Below, piece by piece: positions 1 to 9,930 of a stretch of 64,000 nucleotides of DNA. The stretch is from an uncultured Actinomycetes bacterium. GTDB lineage: Bacteria; Actinomycetota; Thermoleophilia; RBG-16-64-13. Each line of letters begins with the position of its first letter. Position 1 is the stretch's first letter. The stretch spans positions 487,111-551,110 of the forward strand of contig CAWFCN010000002.1 in the NCBI GenBank assembly GCA_963814415.1. The letters run 5' to 3'. The translations under genes and the position numbers were made by a program. The notes under the pieces are model-generated. The model was not told the origin of the DNA. It ran no database searches and saw only the letters and a program-made list of their open reading frames with translations.

Positions 1-349
1 CTGACCGCAGCACCGCATCCGCCCCCTCGGGCAGCGGAGCTCCAGTCATTATCCTGGCCGCCGTTTCTCTGGAGACAGGTTGACCGGCACAATGCCCCGC
101 CGCGATAGTCTCGGTGATTCGAAGTCTCACCGGACGTTCAGGCGTGGCCCCCTTTGTATCAGAAGCTACCAAGGCGAAGCCATCCATGGCCGAGTTGTCG
201 AAGGGGGGAACGTCATGAGCCGCGACTAGATCTTCAGCCAGCACCAGACCCAGACTCTCCGCTAGAGGGCGCGACTCGGCCCCCAGGGGCCTGGCTTCAG
301 CCAGCACTGTGGACAGAGCTTCTTCGATGGTGATCAAGCGAGCGGGCAA
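1..349 (-). CDS. moeA: Molybdopterin molybdenumtransferase MoeA, 5' part; the gene runs off the window start
   Basis: Minus-strand translation reads MPARLITIEEALSTVLAEARPLG...LAEDLVAAHDVPPFDNSAMDGFALVASD...RIMTGAPLPEGADAVLRS, which matches the MoeA N-terminal motifs. TTG start at 349 is preceded by GGAGGAGAGG. Not in the ORF track because it has no stop within the window. Confidence 0.6.
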   Translation of the reverse strand, partial: MPARLITIEEALSTVLAEARPLGAESRPLAESLGLVLAEDLVAAHDVPPFDNSAMDGFALVASDTKGATPERPVRLRITETIAAGHCAGQPVSRETAARIMTGAPLPEGADAVLRS

Positions 350-677
350 GGTCCTCTCCTCCGATCAGCCCCTTCCCTCCGCCCAGTTTTGCACTCTCTG
401 TATAAACCATTTGAAGGGTTTGGCCGATAGGAAGGATAGCATGAGTGATATGGGCCACAGACCGAAGCCAGAGCGAGCCATGATCTTCAGTACACGAGAA
501 TCACATCTTGACCGGAGTATGACAGGAGAGTTCAAACAGGGCTCACCTGGCGAACCGGAGCGTCTCCAGGTCATTTACCAGCTCGTTCGATCGGGCGACT
601 ACCACGTGCCGGCCTCTGCTATAGCCGACTGCATCATCGAGCGCATGATGGTCGACAAGCGAGGGACAGAATCCTGA
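309..677 (+). CDS. FlgM-like anti-sigma-28 factor; start uncertain (GTG 309 or ATG 327)
   Basis: C-terminus ERLQVIYQLVRSGDYHVPASAIADCIIERMM resembles the FlgM C-terminal helix pattern G-[TD]-Y-x-V-[DP]-x-x-x-[IL]-A-[DE]-x-[IL][IL]. Small ORF; its 5' end overlaps the moeA start on the opposite strand. Confidence 0.35.
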   Translation: MDRASSMVIKRAGKVLSSDQPLPSAQFCTLCINHLKGLADRKDSMSDMGHRPKPERAMIFSTRESHLDRSMTGEFKQGSPGEPERLQVIYQLVRSGDYHVPASAIADCIIERMMVDKRGTES

Positions 678-738
678 TTTGCCTCTAGGTCCCTGGGGGC
701 ATAGAATCGCTGACGCCCCCAGCGAACCGGAGTCGCGA

Positions 739-2598
739 ATGCCGCTCACAATCCGCCGTAGTCTCATAGACCTGGTGAGGCAGTGGCGTAAGATCGCCTA
801 TAGCCTCTGCCTCGGCCTGACCGTGCTCGCAAGCGCCGGCGTCTTTGTGTCCATTTCTTCACCTGGTGCGGTCGTGGGGCTCGCTTCCGGAGAGCCCTTC
901 TTCGATGCGGGCCGCGCCTACCGTGCCACCGAGGATATGTGGACCTACATCTCTACGCCCACGACGGACGGCACGACCCCTGACGTCTACACGTGGTTTG
1001 AAGAGCAGATGCCGGGGCCGAACATGGTGGAACGCGAGACCTTCGAGGCGCCCATGGGCACCAAGACCCAGCAGTTGACCAACTACCTGGTCAAGCTTGA
1101 CGGCGCGACAAGAGACATCATCCTTATCGCCGCTCCCAGGGATATGCCTACTGTGGTCAGGGTGCAGCCTCTCACGTACACAAGCGCCACTGGAGTGCTG
1201 CTGGAACTCATCAACGTGTACTCGGCGCGGCCCCACCAGAAGACGTTGGTCTTCTTGTCCACCGAGGACTCCGGCAACGGTGGTCTTGGCATTTCTCATT
1301 TCCTAGCGACCAGCGAGCTCGCCGGCAATGTGTCGGTGATCATCTCCATCAGTGGCTTGGGCAAGGTCGCCGCAGGCACGGAACGTGCGCACTCGCTCTC
1401 GGCCGGCGTGACGGCCGCGCGCAACACAACGCCAGGATGGCTACTGCAGCTCGTCGCTGCGGCCTTCGACAAATCACAGGTCGAATTGGTCGTGCCCGGC
1501 CTCTGGCGGCAGGCGGCCGACCGGGCCATGGCTCTGGCACAAGGCGACCAAATCGCGGGGCTGACCAGGGGCATCCCCTCGATAAGGCTCTATGACGACT
1601 CTCCCGGCAGCCCCAACACGACAGGCCTCCAGGCACACGGACCCTCTTTGGAGCGGCTGATACTTTCGCTAGACGCTGGCGCGGAGTTGCCAGGCGATCC
1701 TGGAACCGCGCTGCTGCTCAAGTCAGGCCGCTATCTGACCAACGGGGCCATCGCCCTCTTGGCGGTTCTGTGTCTGCTGCCGTCGCTTGCTGCTTTCTTG
1801 ATTTGGATGGGCACAGCGCGCTTCAAGTTCGTGGCGATCGTCCATCATCTACGCAATCTCGCCTCGTTCGCTCTGCCCCTGATGCTTACGCTACTCATGG
1901 CGTACTTCTTGTCTCTGGGCCGCCTCATACCGAACTATCGCTTCCAGGTCCCCACGGAGGGTGACGCGACTGAGCCACGCGTGGGACCCATTCTTATCCT
2001 GCTACTCGTCTTCATAGTCTCGTTCGTACTGTCCCGGCGTTTCTTGGGCTATCTGCGTCCCAAGGAGGCTAGGCCGGTGACGGAGATGGCCAAATTGGCC
2101 TCGGGTCTCTTTGCGGTGTTCATGGGACTGATGCTCATGACTGCGCGCTCGCCTTTTCTCATGCTCGTCTGTCTGAGTCTGGCCTGGACCTGGCCGCTTG
2201 TAACGTGTTTCGCGGAGCCCATATACCGCGGGGTGTTCGTCCGACGTAGGCTTTTCACTAACCTGCCGCTGCTGATAATCGGCTTGGTGATGCCCCTGGT
2301 CTTCTACGCCTATATCTCGTCGTGGCGAGGCGTCGGCTGGTTCAGCGCAGGCTGGTTCATGCTGGTCCAGTCGATGTCGGGCGCATACGGGCTTGCCGGT
2401 ACAGTCGGCTTCATATTCCTGGTGTCGGGCTTCGCCATACTACTGGGGGTACGGCGCATGAGAGTGGCCCCCGTCGAGTCGCTTGACTCGCGAGACGAGA
2501 TGAGCATGCTCGAACTGCCCACGCCCCGCTCAAGGCGCCGCAAGGATCGTGACAAGAACAGGGGCGACTTGCATCCGCCTTTGTCACCCTGGGGCTAG
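739..2598 (+). CDS. Polytopic membrane protein with an N-terminal M28-peptidase-like extracytoplasmic domain
   Basis: ORF 679..2598. Likely ATG start at 739 (MPLTIRRSL, then an N-terminal TM). LVFLSTEDSGNGGLGISHFLA resembles the M28 metal-binding region but has ED in place of EE. The C-terminal half is multi-TM. Confidence 0.5.
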   Translation: MPLTIRRSLIDLVRQWRKIAYSLCLGLTVLASAGVFVSISSPGAVVGLASGEPFFDAGRAYRATEDMWTYISTPTTDGTTPDVYTWFEEQMPGPNMVERETFEAPMGTKTQQLTNYLVKLDGATRDIILIAAPRDMPTVVRVQPLTYTSATGVLLELINVYSARPHQKTLVFLSTEDSGNGGLGISHFLATSELAGNVSVIISISGLGKVAAGTERAHSLSAGVTAARNTTPGWLLQLVAAAFDKSQVELVVPGLWRQAADRAMALAQGDQIAGLTRGIPSIRLYDDSPGSPNTTGLQAHGPSLERLILSLDAGAELPGDPGTALLLKSGRYLTNGAIALLAVLCLLPSLAAFLIWMGTARFKFVAIVHHLRNLASFALPLMLTLLMAYFLSLGRLIPNYRFQVPTEGDATEPRVGPILILLLVFIVSFVLSRRFLGYLRPKEARPVTEMAKLASGLFAVFMGLMLMTARSPFLMLVCLSLAWTWPLVTCFAEPIYRGVFVRRRLFTNLPLLIIGLVMPLVFYAYISSWRGVGWFSAGWFMLVQSMSGAYGLAGTVGFIFLVSGFAILLGVRRMRVAPVESLDSRDEMSMLELPTPRSRRRKDRDKNRGDLHPPLSPWG

Positions 2599-3527
2599 AA
2601 GAACTTCTTCCTCCAGAACACCACGGCCAGGATGGCGGAAATCCCAAAGGCCACGCCGAGAGTTATGGGGTAGCCGTAGGCCCAGTCCCCGAAGGGAACC
2701 TTGACATTCTGACCCCAGAACGAGAACACCACCGTCGGGATACCTAGGATGATGGTGAGTGATGTTAGGAGTTTCATGACCCGGTTGAGGTTGTTGGAGA
2801 TCACCGAGGTGAACGCATCCATCATGCCGGTCAAGATGTCTGTGTAGATCCTGGCCATCTCGGAAGCCTGCTTGGTCTCCACAAGGACATCCTCGAGTAG
2901 CTCTTGGTCTTCTTCGTACATCTTCACGGTCTTGGTGCGGTTGAGTTTCTGCAACACACCCTCGTTCGAGCGGAGCGACGTAGTGAAGTAGACCAGAGAC
3001 TTCTGCAGACTCAGCAGATCGAAGATCTCGGCGTTCTTCATAGAAGCGCGCAGTTCGCGCTCGATCTTGTCGGTCTCTCGGTCGATCCGGCCCAGGTAGC
3101 GCAGGTAGAACGCTGCCACTCGCTGAAGGATCTGCAGGAGCAGCCGAGTCTTCCAGAAGGTCGCGTAGCCACGCACGACACCGTGCTCGAACTCACCCAG
3201 GATGGGATTGGGCCGCAAGCACGTGGTTATGATGTAGTCAGGGTGGATGAGTATCCCTAGCGGGATGGTCTCATACCCCTGCTGATCTTCCTCCCGGACC
3301 AACACGGGGATATCCACGATGACGTGAGTCAGCCCATCCTCCACGTCTATACGCGATTTCTCCTCTTCGTCCAGAGGGCCTTTGAGAAGATCGAGCGGGA
3401 TCACCAGCTCCCGGCTGACCTGTTCCAGTTCCTCCACAGTGGGAGTTACAAGATCGATCCAGGAGCCGGGTTCGAACTCCTCCAATCGCTTCAGACCCGT
3501 TGGGGTCGTCTTGAGAATGGCAAGCAT
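2595..3527 (-). CDS. corA: CorA-family divalent cation (Mg2+/Co2+) transporter
   Basis: 310 aa with a soluble N-domain and two C-terminal TMs. FWGQNVKVPF is a GMN-like motif (GQN variant). Confidence 0.75.
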   Translation of the reverse strand: MLAILKTTPTGLKRLEEFEPGSWIDLVTPTVEELEQVSRELVIPLDLLKGPLDEEEKSRIDVEDGLTHVIVDIPVLVREEDQQGYETIPLGILIHPDYIITTCLRPNPILGEFEHGVVRGYATFWKTRLLLQILQRVAAFYLRYLGRIDRETDKIERELRASMKNAEIFDLLSLQKSLVYFTTSLRSNEGVLQKLNRTKTVKMYEEDQELLEDVLVETKQASEMARIYTDILTGMMDAFTSVISNNLNRVMKLLTSLTIILGIPTVVFSFWGQNVKVPFGDWAYGYPITLGVAFGISAILAVVFWRKKFF

Positions 3528-3631
3528 GACTCACCCCCTTCAACGGATAGGCGGACGCACCGCGTTCCACGTGATTCCATCCTTAGCTGGTCTGGGGCCG
3601 TGACGGCCCCTCGGTCGGCTTCTTAGGTCCC

Positions 3632-6600
3632 GTGCATTCTCTCACGAACTTCCTGCTCGCGCTATCATTCTGCCCCATGGTGGCCGCTCCCCAATCTATC
3701 GCGCGTGACCTGCGTTCGCTGGTCCGCGGGGACGTAGAGTTCGACTCGGTCAGTCGACACCTCTACTCCACCGACGCGGGCCTGACTCAGATCCTGCCTC
3801 TCGGGGTCGTTTCGCCACGGGACACCGCGGATGTCGTTCGGATCGTGACCTATGCGTCCGAGGTCGGTCTCTCAGTGATCCCCCGGGGCATGGGGTCTGG
3901 ACTGAACGGCGGCGCCGTGGGACCGGGCATCCAGATCGACTTCTCCCGATACATGAACTCGGTAGTGGAGATCGACCCCGAGGGCTCCTGGATCCGAGTG
4001 CAGCCAGGAGTGGTCCTTGCGAGACTGAACGCTTTACTTCGTCCCAGGGGAGTCTTCTTTCCGCCCGATCCGTCCAGCGAGAACCACTGCAGTCTGGGCG
4101 GCATGATCGGTACCAACGCCTCCGGCGCACGGACCGTTGCCTACGGCGCGACCAAAGACTTTGTGCGGGAACTAGAGGTGGTGATGGCGGACGGTAGCCT
4201 ACACCATTCCCGGCCAGCCACTTTGGACCACCTATCGGCGGACTCCAGGTCAGAGTCGCGCACTTTCGCCGCGGCCGCCTTCTCGACCGTGCTCGCTGAA
4301 TTGGCCGAGAAGCGTGACCTCATCGCCTCGCGCTTGCCCAAGGTGGTCAAGAACTCCTGCGGATACCGAGTCGAGACGCTCCTGGGCCATTTTCCGTCTG
4401 CGGACATACCCCTTCAGAAGCTCTTCGTGGGCGCCGAGGGCACTCTGGGGATCGTAACAGAGGCAACGCTGGGCATCTTGCCTTTGCCGGCAAGACGCGG
4501 CGTTGCGATGGCCTACTTTCCGACGGTCTTCGCCTCTGGAGAAGCGGTGCCCGGCATCCTTGCTCTGCTGCCCTCAGCTGTGGAGATCATGGACTCTCGG
4601 TTCCTCGACCTGGTAAGGAGACATGATCCCAAGGTGGACGCCATGCTTCCCTACGGTGCCGACACCGCGCTCCTGATCGAATTCGAAGGCGCCGACGGCA
4701 AGCAGTTGGACGAGAAGTTCGCGACGCTCGCGCGAAATCTCGACGGGAGCGCGGCCTTGCGACTCGTTCGCGCGGCTGACGAGTCAGAGGCCGAGTCTCT
4801 CTGGAGGATGCGCAGATCGGCTGTGCCCTTGATGCAGCGGTCTCCCGGACGCCGTCAACCCCTCCCGTTCGTGGAGGACATCACCGTGCCCCCTACCAAG
4901 GTCCCGGAGTGCATCGCGTTCTTGCAGAGGCTTTTTGACCGGGAAGGGATCCAGGCCGTCATGGTGGGCCACATCGGCGACGGGAACCTGCATACCCGGC
5001 CCCTACTGGACCCCAGAGACCCTCAAGACAGGGTGATCATGCAGCGGGTCTATGACGAGGTTGCCACGTACGTGCTGGGTGTGGGTGGGACCCTGTCGGG
5101 TGAACACGGGGACGGGCTGGTTCACACTCCTCGTTTGGAGGCCATGTACGGACCTGAGGTGTACCAGGTGTTCACCCACATCAAGGAGGCCTTCGACCCC
5201 CGCGGTGTCCTCAACCCCGGCAAGAAGACGGGGGAGCAACTATCCGACCACAAGCTTATGTCGCAGCCTCGGTACGGTGCCACGTACAAGACGAATCCTC
5301 AGCGGACAGTGTTGTGTTTTCCGGAGCACGGTTTCGAGAACGAGATAGAGCGATGCCACGGATGTGCCGCCTGCAAGAGCGCTGTAGGCACTACGATGTG
5401 CCCCGTATACAAGGCAACCGCTCGAGAGCAGGCCTCACCCAGAGCCAAGGCCAACCTGCTGCGCGCGGCCATCTCGGGCGGCCTTGACTCCGAGGGCGTC
5501 GACGCAGGACGCGTCGCCAAGGAAGTGATGGATCTCTGCATAGGTTGCGGCATGTGCGCGGTGGAATGCCCTTCTCGTGTGAATATCCCCAAGCTGGTAC
5601 TAGAGGCCAGGAGCAGGTATCGCCTGGCACACCATGCTGCCCTGGTCGATGCGTTACTCGGCCGCGCCGAAACGGTGGTCCGCGTCGGAGCCGCTCTCGC
5701 TCCCGTGGTCAATCCACTGCTCGGTCTTCGCGCCGTCCGGCTCGGTGCCCAACTGTTCACGGGCCTCGACCGACGCAGACCTCTCGGTCGCTTCGCTCGT
5801 CCGCCCTTTCACCGAGCAGCCGCCGGCCTACGGGTTCCGGCGCCCCTCCGGAGCCCAAGCGGTGTGGAGCCTGCCGCCGCCACTCCGGGTCCAGACCGCA
5901 CCGTGGCGTACTTCTACGACCTATTCGCCGACTACTATGATCCGGGGCTCCCGGAGGCGGTACTCAGAGTTCTGGACGCGCACGGCTGCCGCGTCGTGCT
6001 GCCACACCAGAGGGCCAGTGGTATCCCGGAGATGCTCTACGGATACGCCCGCCAGGCACAGAAGGTGGCCGGGGCCAACATCCAGGGCGCATTGGAACAT
6101 GTGCAGAAAGGGGCGATGCTGGTCAGCGCCGAGCCGACCGCGAGCTTCGCCTTCAAAGTCCACTATCCCGACTACTTGCACAGAGCCGCTTGCTCCCTGG
6201 TGGCAGACGCCACGCGAGACTTGGGTGAGTTCCTGGCCGCGGAGAGACGAGCCCACCCGGAGTCTGCACCCGCGGCAGGCCCGGTCGACATCAACGCGAT
6301 AGTCACGACTGGGCAATCGCGGTCAACTAACACCGGTTCCGTGCTTGTGGGTTACCACCAGCCCTGCCACCTCAAGGCGCAATCTGTCGACAGCCCAGGT
6401 CTCCATCTGTTGCGAGAGATCCCCGGCGTGCAGATTGTCGACCTCGCGGCCGGGTGCTGCGGCATGGCCGGGACTTTCGGCATGAAGAAGCGGAGCTACG
6501 ATCTGTCTATGTCTGTGGGAGAGCCGCTCTTCCGGCGGATCGTCGAAGCGAGCCCGGCGTTACTGGCAAGTGAGTGCAGCACCTGTCGGATGCAACTTGC

Positions 6601-6664
6601 CCACGCGACCGGTCTCCCTGTAGTGCACCCCGTCGTGTTGTTGGCGGCGGCCTACGGCGTCTAG
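3632..6664 (+). CDS. FAD-linked oxidase fused to an Fe-S/CCG-domain oxidoreductase (YdiJ / GlcD-GlcF fusion-like, 1010 aa)
   Basis: N-terminal FAD-binding PCMH-type motifs (RGMGSGLNGGAV), a FAD-oxidase C-domain, 2x CxxCxxC ferredoxin motifs (CHGCAACKS..CPV; CIGCGMCAVECP) and C-terminal cysteine-rich CCG domains. Architecture matches E. coli YdiJ (recalled from memory). Confidence 0.7.
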   Translation: MHSLTNFLLALSFCPMVAAPQSIARDLRSLVRGDVEFDSVSRHLYSTDAGLTQILPLGVVSPRDTADVVRIVTYASEVGLSVIPRGMGSGLNGGAVGPGIQIDFSRYMNSVVEIDPEGSWIRVQPGVVLARLNALLRPRGVFFPPDPSSENHCSLGGMIGTNASGARTVAYGATKDFVRELEVVMADGSLHHSRPATLDHLSADSRSESRTFAAAAFSTVLAELAEKRDLIASRLPKVVKNSCGYRVETLLGHFPSADIPLQKLFVGAEGTLGIVTEATLGILPLPARRGVAMAYFPTVFASGEAVPGILALLPSAVEIMDSRFLDLVRRHDPKVDAMLPYGADTALLIEFEGADGKQLDEKFATLARNLDGSAALRLVRAADESEAESLWRMRRSAVPLMQRSPGRRQPLPFVEDITVPPTKVPECIAFLQRLFDREGIQAVMVGHIGDGNLHTRPLLDPRDPQDRVIMQRVYDEVATYVLGVGGTLSGEHGDGLVHTPRLEAMYGPEVYQVFTHIKEAFDPRGVLNPGKKTGEQLSDHKLMSQPRYGATYKTNPQRTVLCFPEHGFENEIERCHGCAACKSAVGTTMCPVYKATAREQASPRAKANLLRAAISGGLDSEGVDAGRVAKEVMDLCIGCGMCAVECPSRVNIPKLVLEARSRYRLAHHAALVDALLGRAETVVRVGAALAPVVNPLLGLRAVRLGAQLFTGLDRRRPLGRFARPPFHRAAAGLRVPAPLRSPSGVEPAAATPGPDRTVAYFYDLFADYYDPGLPEAVLRVLDAHGCRVVLPHQRASGIPEMLYGYARQAQKVAGANIQGALEHVQKGAMLVSAEPTASFAFKVHYPDYLHRAACSLVADATRDLGEFLAAERRAHPESAPAAGPVDINAIVTTGQSRSTNTGSVLVGYHQPCHLKAQSVDSPGLHLLREIPGVQIVDLAAGCCGMAGTFGMKKRSYDLSMSVGEPLFRRIVEASPALLASECSTCRMQLAHATGLPVVHPVVLLAAAYGV

Positions 6665-6773
6665 ACCGCGGTCGATGCCTCGGTGCGAGTCTCGGCCGAG
6701 CCCAAGCGTGCCGATGATCGGATCTAGATCGATCGTCACAATGTCGGCCCTCTGTCTGCGGTCAGCCTACGAT

Positions 6774-6959
6774 TCACTTGTCGCTGTAGAGCACGCCGCC
6801 TTTGGCCCAGTTCTCTCGCGGGTGATCTTCGATGATCACGTCGACCTGGTTCTCGGTGGTGCCGGCATGCTTCACCACAGCAGCGGTGATGTCGCGAGCC
6901 AGCAGGCGCTTCTGCTCGACGCTTCGTCCTTCGAGCATCTTCACGATCACTAGTGGCAT
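6774..6959 (-). CDS. 4-oxalocrotonate tautomerase family protein
   Basis: 61 aa starting MPLVIVKMLEGRS with the catalytic Pro1 pattern. GGGAGG RBS upstream. Confidence 0.7.
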   Translation of the reverse strand: MPLVIVKMLEGRSVEQKRLLARDITAAVVKHAGTTENQVDVIIEDHPRENWAKGGVLYSDK

Positions 6960-7109
6960 TGCGGGGCCTCCCTCTGTGCGCCGCGTATGCGCCGGCGTCG
7001 TTCGTGGCGCTCCAAGTCCCGATTGTGTCCTACGAGTGCAGCCGGCCTGGCGGCCGGCTGCACGTCATCTCACCTCTATGCCGCGGGCTGATGCCCGGAT
7101 GTAGGGGCT

Positions 7110-7838
7110 CTATTTTGCCTTCCGGAACAGCTTGCGCCGGACGGCGGCCTTCTTGAGCCACTGGATACCCTCCGTGGGTAGTAGCTCCTTCGGACAAGCC
7201 TCGACGCAGTTCATGATGGTGTGGCAGCGATAGATGCCACGTTCGTTGTCCCAGCGCGGCATACGCTCCCGGTTGGCCTCGTCCCGCGAGTCCACCTCAA
7301 AACGGAAGGCCTTCAACAGGGCCGCCGGGCCTATGTAGTTCTCCTCGCCCCAAGCCGACGGACAGCTCGAGTAGCACGAACCGCAGAGGATGCAGTCCAC
7401 GGGCATGTCGATCTTCTTGCGGTCCTTGGGCGACTGGAGGATCTCCTTCTCCGGGTCCGGAGAGTTCCGGATAAGCCAAGGCTTGATGTACTCGTACTTG
7501 GCGAAGAAGGCGTCCATGTCCACGACCATGTCCTTGATGACCGTGAGATGCGGCATCGGGCCAACTGTGATCTCGTCGACATGAAGATGCTTCACGTTGG
7601 TCTGGCAGGCCAGCCGGTATGCGCCGTTGATGTACATCGCGCAACTACCGCACACAGATGCGCGGCAGCAGTACCTGAACGAGAGACTAGCGTCGAGGTA
7701 TTCCTGGATGTAGAACAGACCCTCGAGCACGGTGAGGTTCTCGCCCTCGTAGTGGACCGTGTACTCCTCCCAATGCGGCTCGGGGTTGTTCTGGTCCTGC
7801 GGATCTTGGCGCTTGAGACGAAACTTGATGTCAGGCAT
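7110..7838 (-). CDS. sdhB: Succinate dehydrogenase/fumarate reductase iron-sulfur subunit
   Basis: 2Fe-2S motif CRASVCGSCAM plus 4Fe-4S and 3Fe-4S cysteine clusters (CILCGSCYSSCP, CHTIMNCVEACPK). Confidence 0.9.
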   Translation of the reverse strand: MPDIKFRLKRQDPQDQNNPEPHWEEYTVHYEGENLTVLEGLFYIQEYLDASLSFRYCCRASVCGSCAMYINGAYRLACQTNVKHLHVDEITVGPMPHLTVIKDMVVDMDAFFAKYEYIKPWLIRNSPDPEKEILQSPKDRKKIDMPVDCILCGSCYSSCPSAWGEENYIGPAALLKAFRFEVDSRDEANRERMPRWDNERGIYRCHTIMNCVEACPKELLPTEGIQWLKKAAVRRKLFRKAK

Positions 7839-9547
7839 CAGTACTTCCGCTCCTGTAGCTCGAAGGGGCCAAGAGTGACTGGCTTGAACTCCAGACGAGG
7901 TACATCTTTACCTGCCTGGTAGTAGGCCAGGGTGTGCTTGAGCCAGTTCTTGTCGTCACGCGTGTTGAAGTCGGTCCGGAAGTGGGCCCCGCGAGACTCC
8001 TTGCGCTCCAACGCGCCCAAGCAGACGCACAGGGCCAGGTCGACCATGCCTTCGAACTCCACTGTACGGATCATGTCCACGTTGAAGACCTTGCCCGTCC
8101 AGCGCAGGCCGATGTTCTTGACCCGCTCCTTGACCGACATGACCTTCTCCAGACCGGCCTTCATCGTGGGCTCATCGCGGAACAGGAAGAAGTGCTCTTT
8201 CATAGCCGTGGTCATCTCGCCACGCAGGGCGTAAGCGTCTTCCGTGCCGGTGGTGCCTGCCAGCTTCTGGATCCTCTGCTCAAGTTGCTGAGTAGCCTCA
8301 TCGGCGGAGCGCGCATTGACCTTCTTGTCCTTGAGTCCAGCTAGGTAGCGCACCACTTCGGCGCCTGCGCGGCGACCGAACACGATGGTCTCAAGCAGCG
8401 AGTTGCCACCCAGTCGGTTGGCTCCGTGAACAGATACGCAAGCGCATTCGCCGGCCGCGTAGAGACCCGGTATGACCGTGGCCCCGTCGACGTTGGTGTC
8501 GATGCCGCCCATCCAGTAGTGCTGGCTGGGAACGACCGGGATCGGCGCTTCGATGGGATCGACACCCTCGAAGTGGATGGCTAGGTCGCGGATGCCCGGC
8601 AGGCGCTCCAGGATCTTCTCTGCACCCAGGTGGCGGAGGTCCAGCCACACGAAGTTGCCGCCGCCGATGCCACGACCTTCGTTGATCTCCGTCTGGATGG
8701 ACCGAGCCGTGATGTCGCGGGGCGCCAGCTCCATCGCCTTGGACGCGTAGTTGGCCATGAACCGCTCGCCCTTGTCGTTCAGCAAGTAGCCGCCCTCGCC
8801 GCGTGCACCCTCGGTCATGAGGATCTGTGTGGTGTAGAGGCCCGTCGGGTGGAACTGGACGAACTCCATGTCCTTGAGGGGTACGCCCGCCTCGAAGGCC
8901 ATGGTCATGCCGCCACCGGTGCTTATAAGGCTGTTGGTGGTGTTGCTGTACGTGCGTCCGGCGCCGCCGGTGGCTATGACGACCGCGTTCGCGGTGAACG
9001 CCTCGAAACCGCCGCGGGTCATGTCGTACGACACGACACCCTGGCAGACGCCTTCGTGAACTATCAGCTTGGCCACAAACTGCTCTACGTAGATCTTGAC
9101 CTGCAGCCTGTAGGCCTGCTCGACCAGGGTATGCAGCAAGTAGTGACCGGTCTTGTCGGCGCCGTAGCAGCAGCGCGGGAACCCGGCGCCGCCGAAGGGA
9201 CGCTGGGCGATGGTGCCGTCCTCGAAGCGAGAGAACGGGCAACCCCAGTGGTCCATGTCGTAGATGACACCCGGGGCGTCCTTGGCCATCTGGATGGCGC
9301 AGTCCTGGTCGACCAGGTAGTCGCCGCCCTTGACGGTGTCGAACGCATGTCTTTCTGGGCCGTCGTCCTTGCCGTCAGGATGGTTGCCAAGCGCGGCGTT
9401 GATACCACCCTGGGCCTGTCCGGAGTGGCTGCGGCCCGGGTGCACCTGGGAGAGGATGGCGACATCCACCCCAGCCTGTTTTGCTTCGATCGCGGCGCGG
9501 AGACCAGCTAGACCCCCACCCACAATGATTACGTCGTGATGAATCAT
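7838..9547 (-). CDS. sdhA: Succinate dehydrogenase flavoprotein subunit
   Basis: MIHHDVIIVGGGLAGLRAA FAD-binding fold; HSGQAQGG contains the covalent-FAD histidine region. Start taken at ATG 9547 rather than the longer ORF-track start (9631). Confidence 0.9.
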   Translation of the reverse strand: MIHHDVIIVGGGLAGLRAAIEAKQAGVDVAILSQVHPGRSHSGQAQGGINAALGNHPDGKDDGPERHAFDTVKGGDYLVDQDCAIQMAKDAPGVIYDMDHWGCPFSRFEDGTIAQRPFGGAGFPRCCYGADKTGHYLLHTLVEQAYRLQVKIYVEQFVAKLIVHEGVCQGVVSYDMTRGGFEAFTANAVVIATGGAGRTYSNTTNSLISTGGGMTMAFEAGVPLKDMEFVQFHPTGLYTTQILMTEGARGEGGYLLNDKGERFMANYASKAMELAPRDITARSIQTEINEGRGIGGGNFVWLDLRHLGAEKILERLPGIRDLAIHFEGVDPIEAPIPVVPSQHYWMGGIDTNVDGATVIPGLYAAGECACVSVHGANRLGGNSLLETIVFGRRAGAEVVRYLAGLKDKKVNARSADEATQQLEQRIQKLAGTTGTEDAYALRGEMTTAMKEHFFLFRDEPTMKAGLEKVMSVKERVKNIGLRWTGKVFNVDMIRTVEFEGMVDLALCVCLGALERKESRGAHFRTDFNTRDDKNWLKHTLAYYQAGKDVPRLEFKPVTLGPFELQERKY

Positions 9548-9549
9548 GT

Positions 9550-9930
9550 TCAGTTCACCCCCGGCACATAGCCGATCCAGGGCCAGAGTGCCCAGGCCCC
9601 GTACGCCGCGGCCGCAAGTCCGACGACCCACAGAACGATATTGAGACCCAGAGCCAGTTTGCGACGGCCGAACCAGTAGTCCATCAGCACCATGCGCAGG
9701 CCGTTCAGCGCGTGGTAGATGCCCGCGACGAGTAGGATGAGATCCACGGCCGTGTAGGCCCCGTGAGCTACCCGTTGTCCGATAGTGTCGTAGTTGACGT
9801 CACCGATGCTGAAGATGTGCGTGAAGATCAGGTGAGTGGCTAGGCAGACGATTAGTAGGACAGCTGTGATGCGCTGGAACAGCCAGGCCAGCATGCCGCC
9901 TTTGTGTGAGGTAGCAGTCTCCGCTTTCAC
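9550..9930 (-). CDS. sdhD: Succinate dehydrogenase membrane anchor subunit
   Basis: 126 aa, 3 TM, with a His heme ligand; position between sdhC and sdhA. Confidence 0.6.
   Translation of the reverse strand: MKAETATSHKGGMLAWLFQRITAVLLIVCLATHLIFTHIFSIGDVNYDTIGQRVAHGAYTAVDLILLVAGIYHALNGLRMVLMDYWFGRRKLALGLNIVLWVVGLAAAAYGAWALWPWIGYVPGVN

Noticed and set aside
845-1636. Several 60-150 aa ORFs (845..1078+, 859..1299-, 1296..1574-, 1349..1636-) inside or antisense to the 739..2598 membrane-protein gene
   Set aside because: Arg/Pro/Ala-rich translations typical of off-frame reading of GC-rich coding sequence. They have no motifs and fully overlap a convincing gene.
6665-6773. Intrinsic terminator between the convergent ydiJ-like and tautomerase genes (palindromes GACCGCGGTC and CTCGGCCGAG)
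   Set aside because: The palindromes are short and not followed by a T-tract. Cannot be distinguished from chance GC-rich symmetry without folding energies.
8391-9511. 283-aa and 293-aa ORFs antisense to or out of frame with sdhA
   Set aside because: Low-complexity R/G/H-rich sequences with no start context. sdhA in the other frame is unambiguous.
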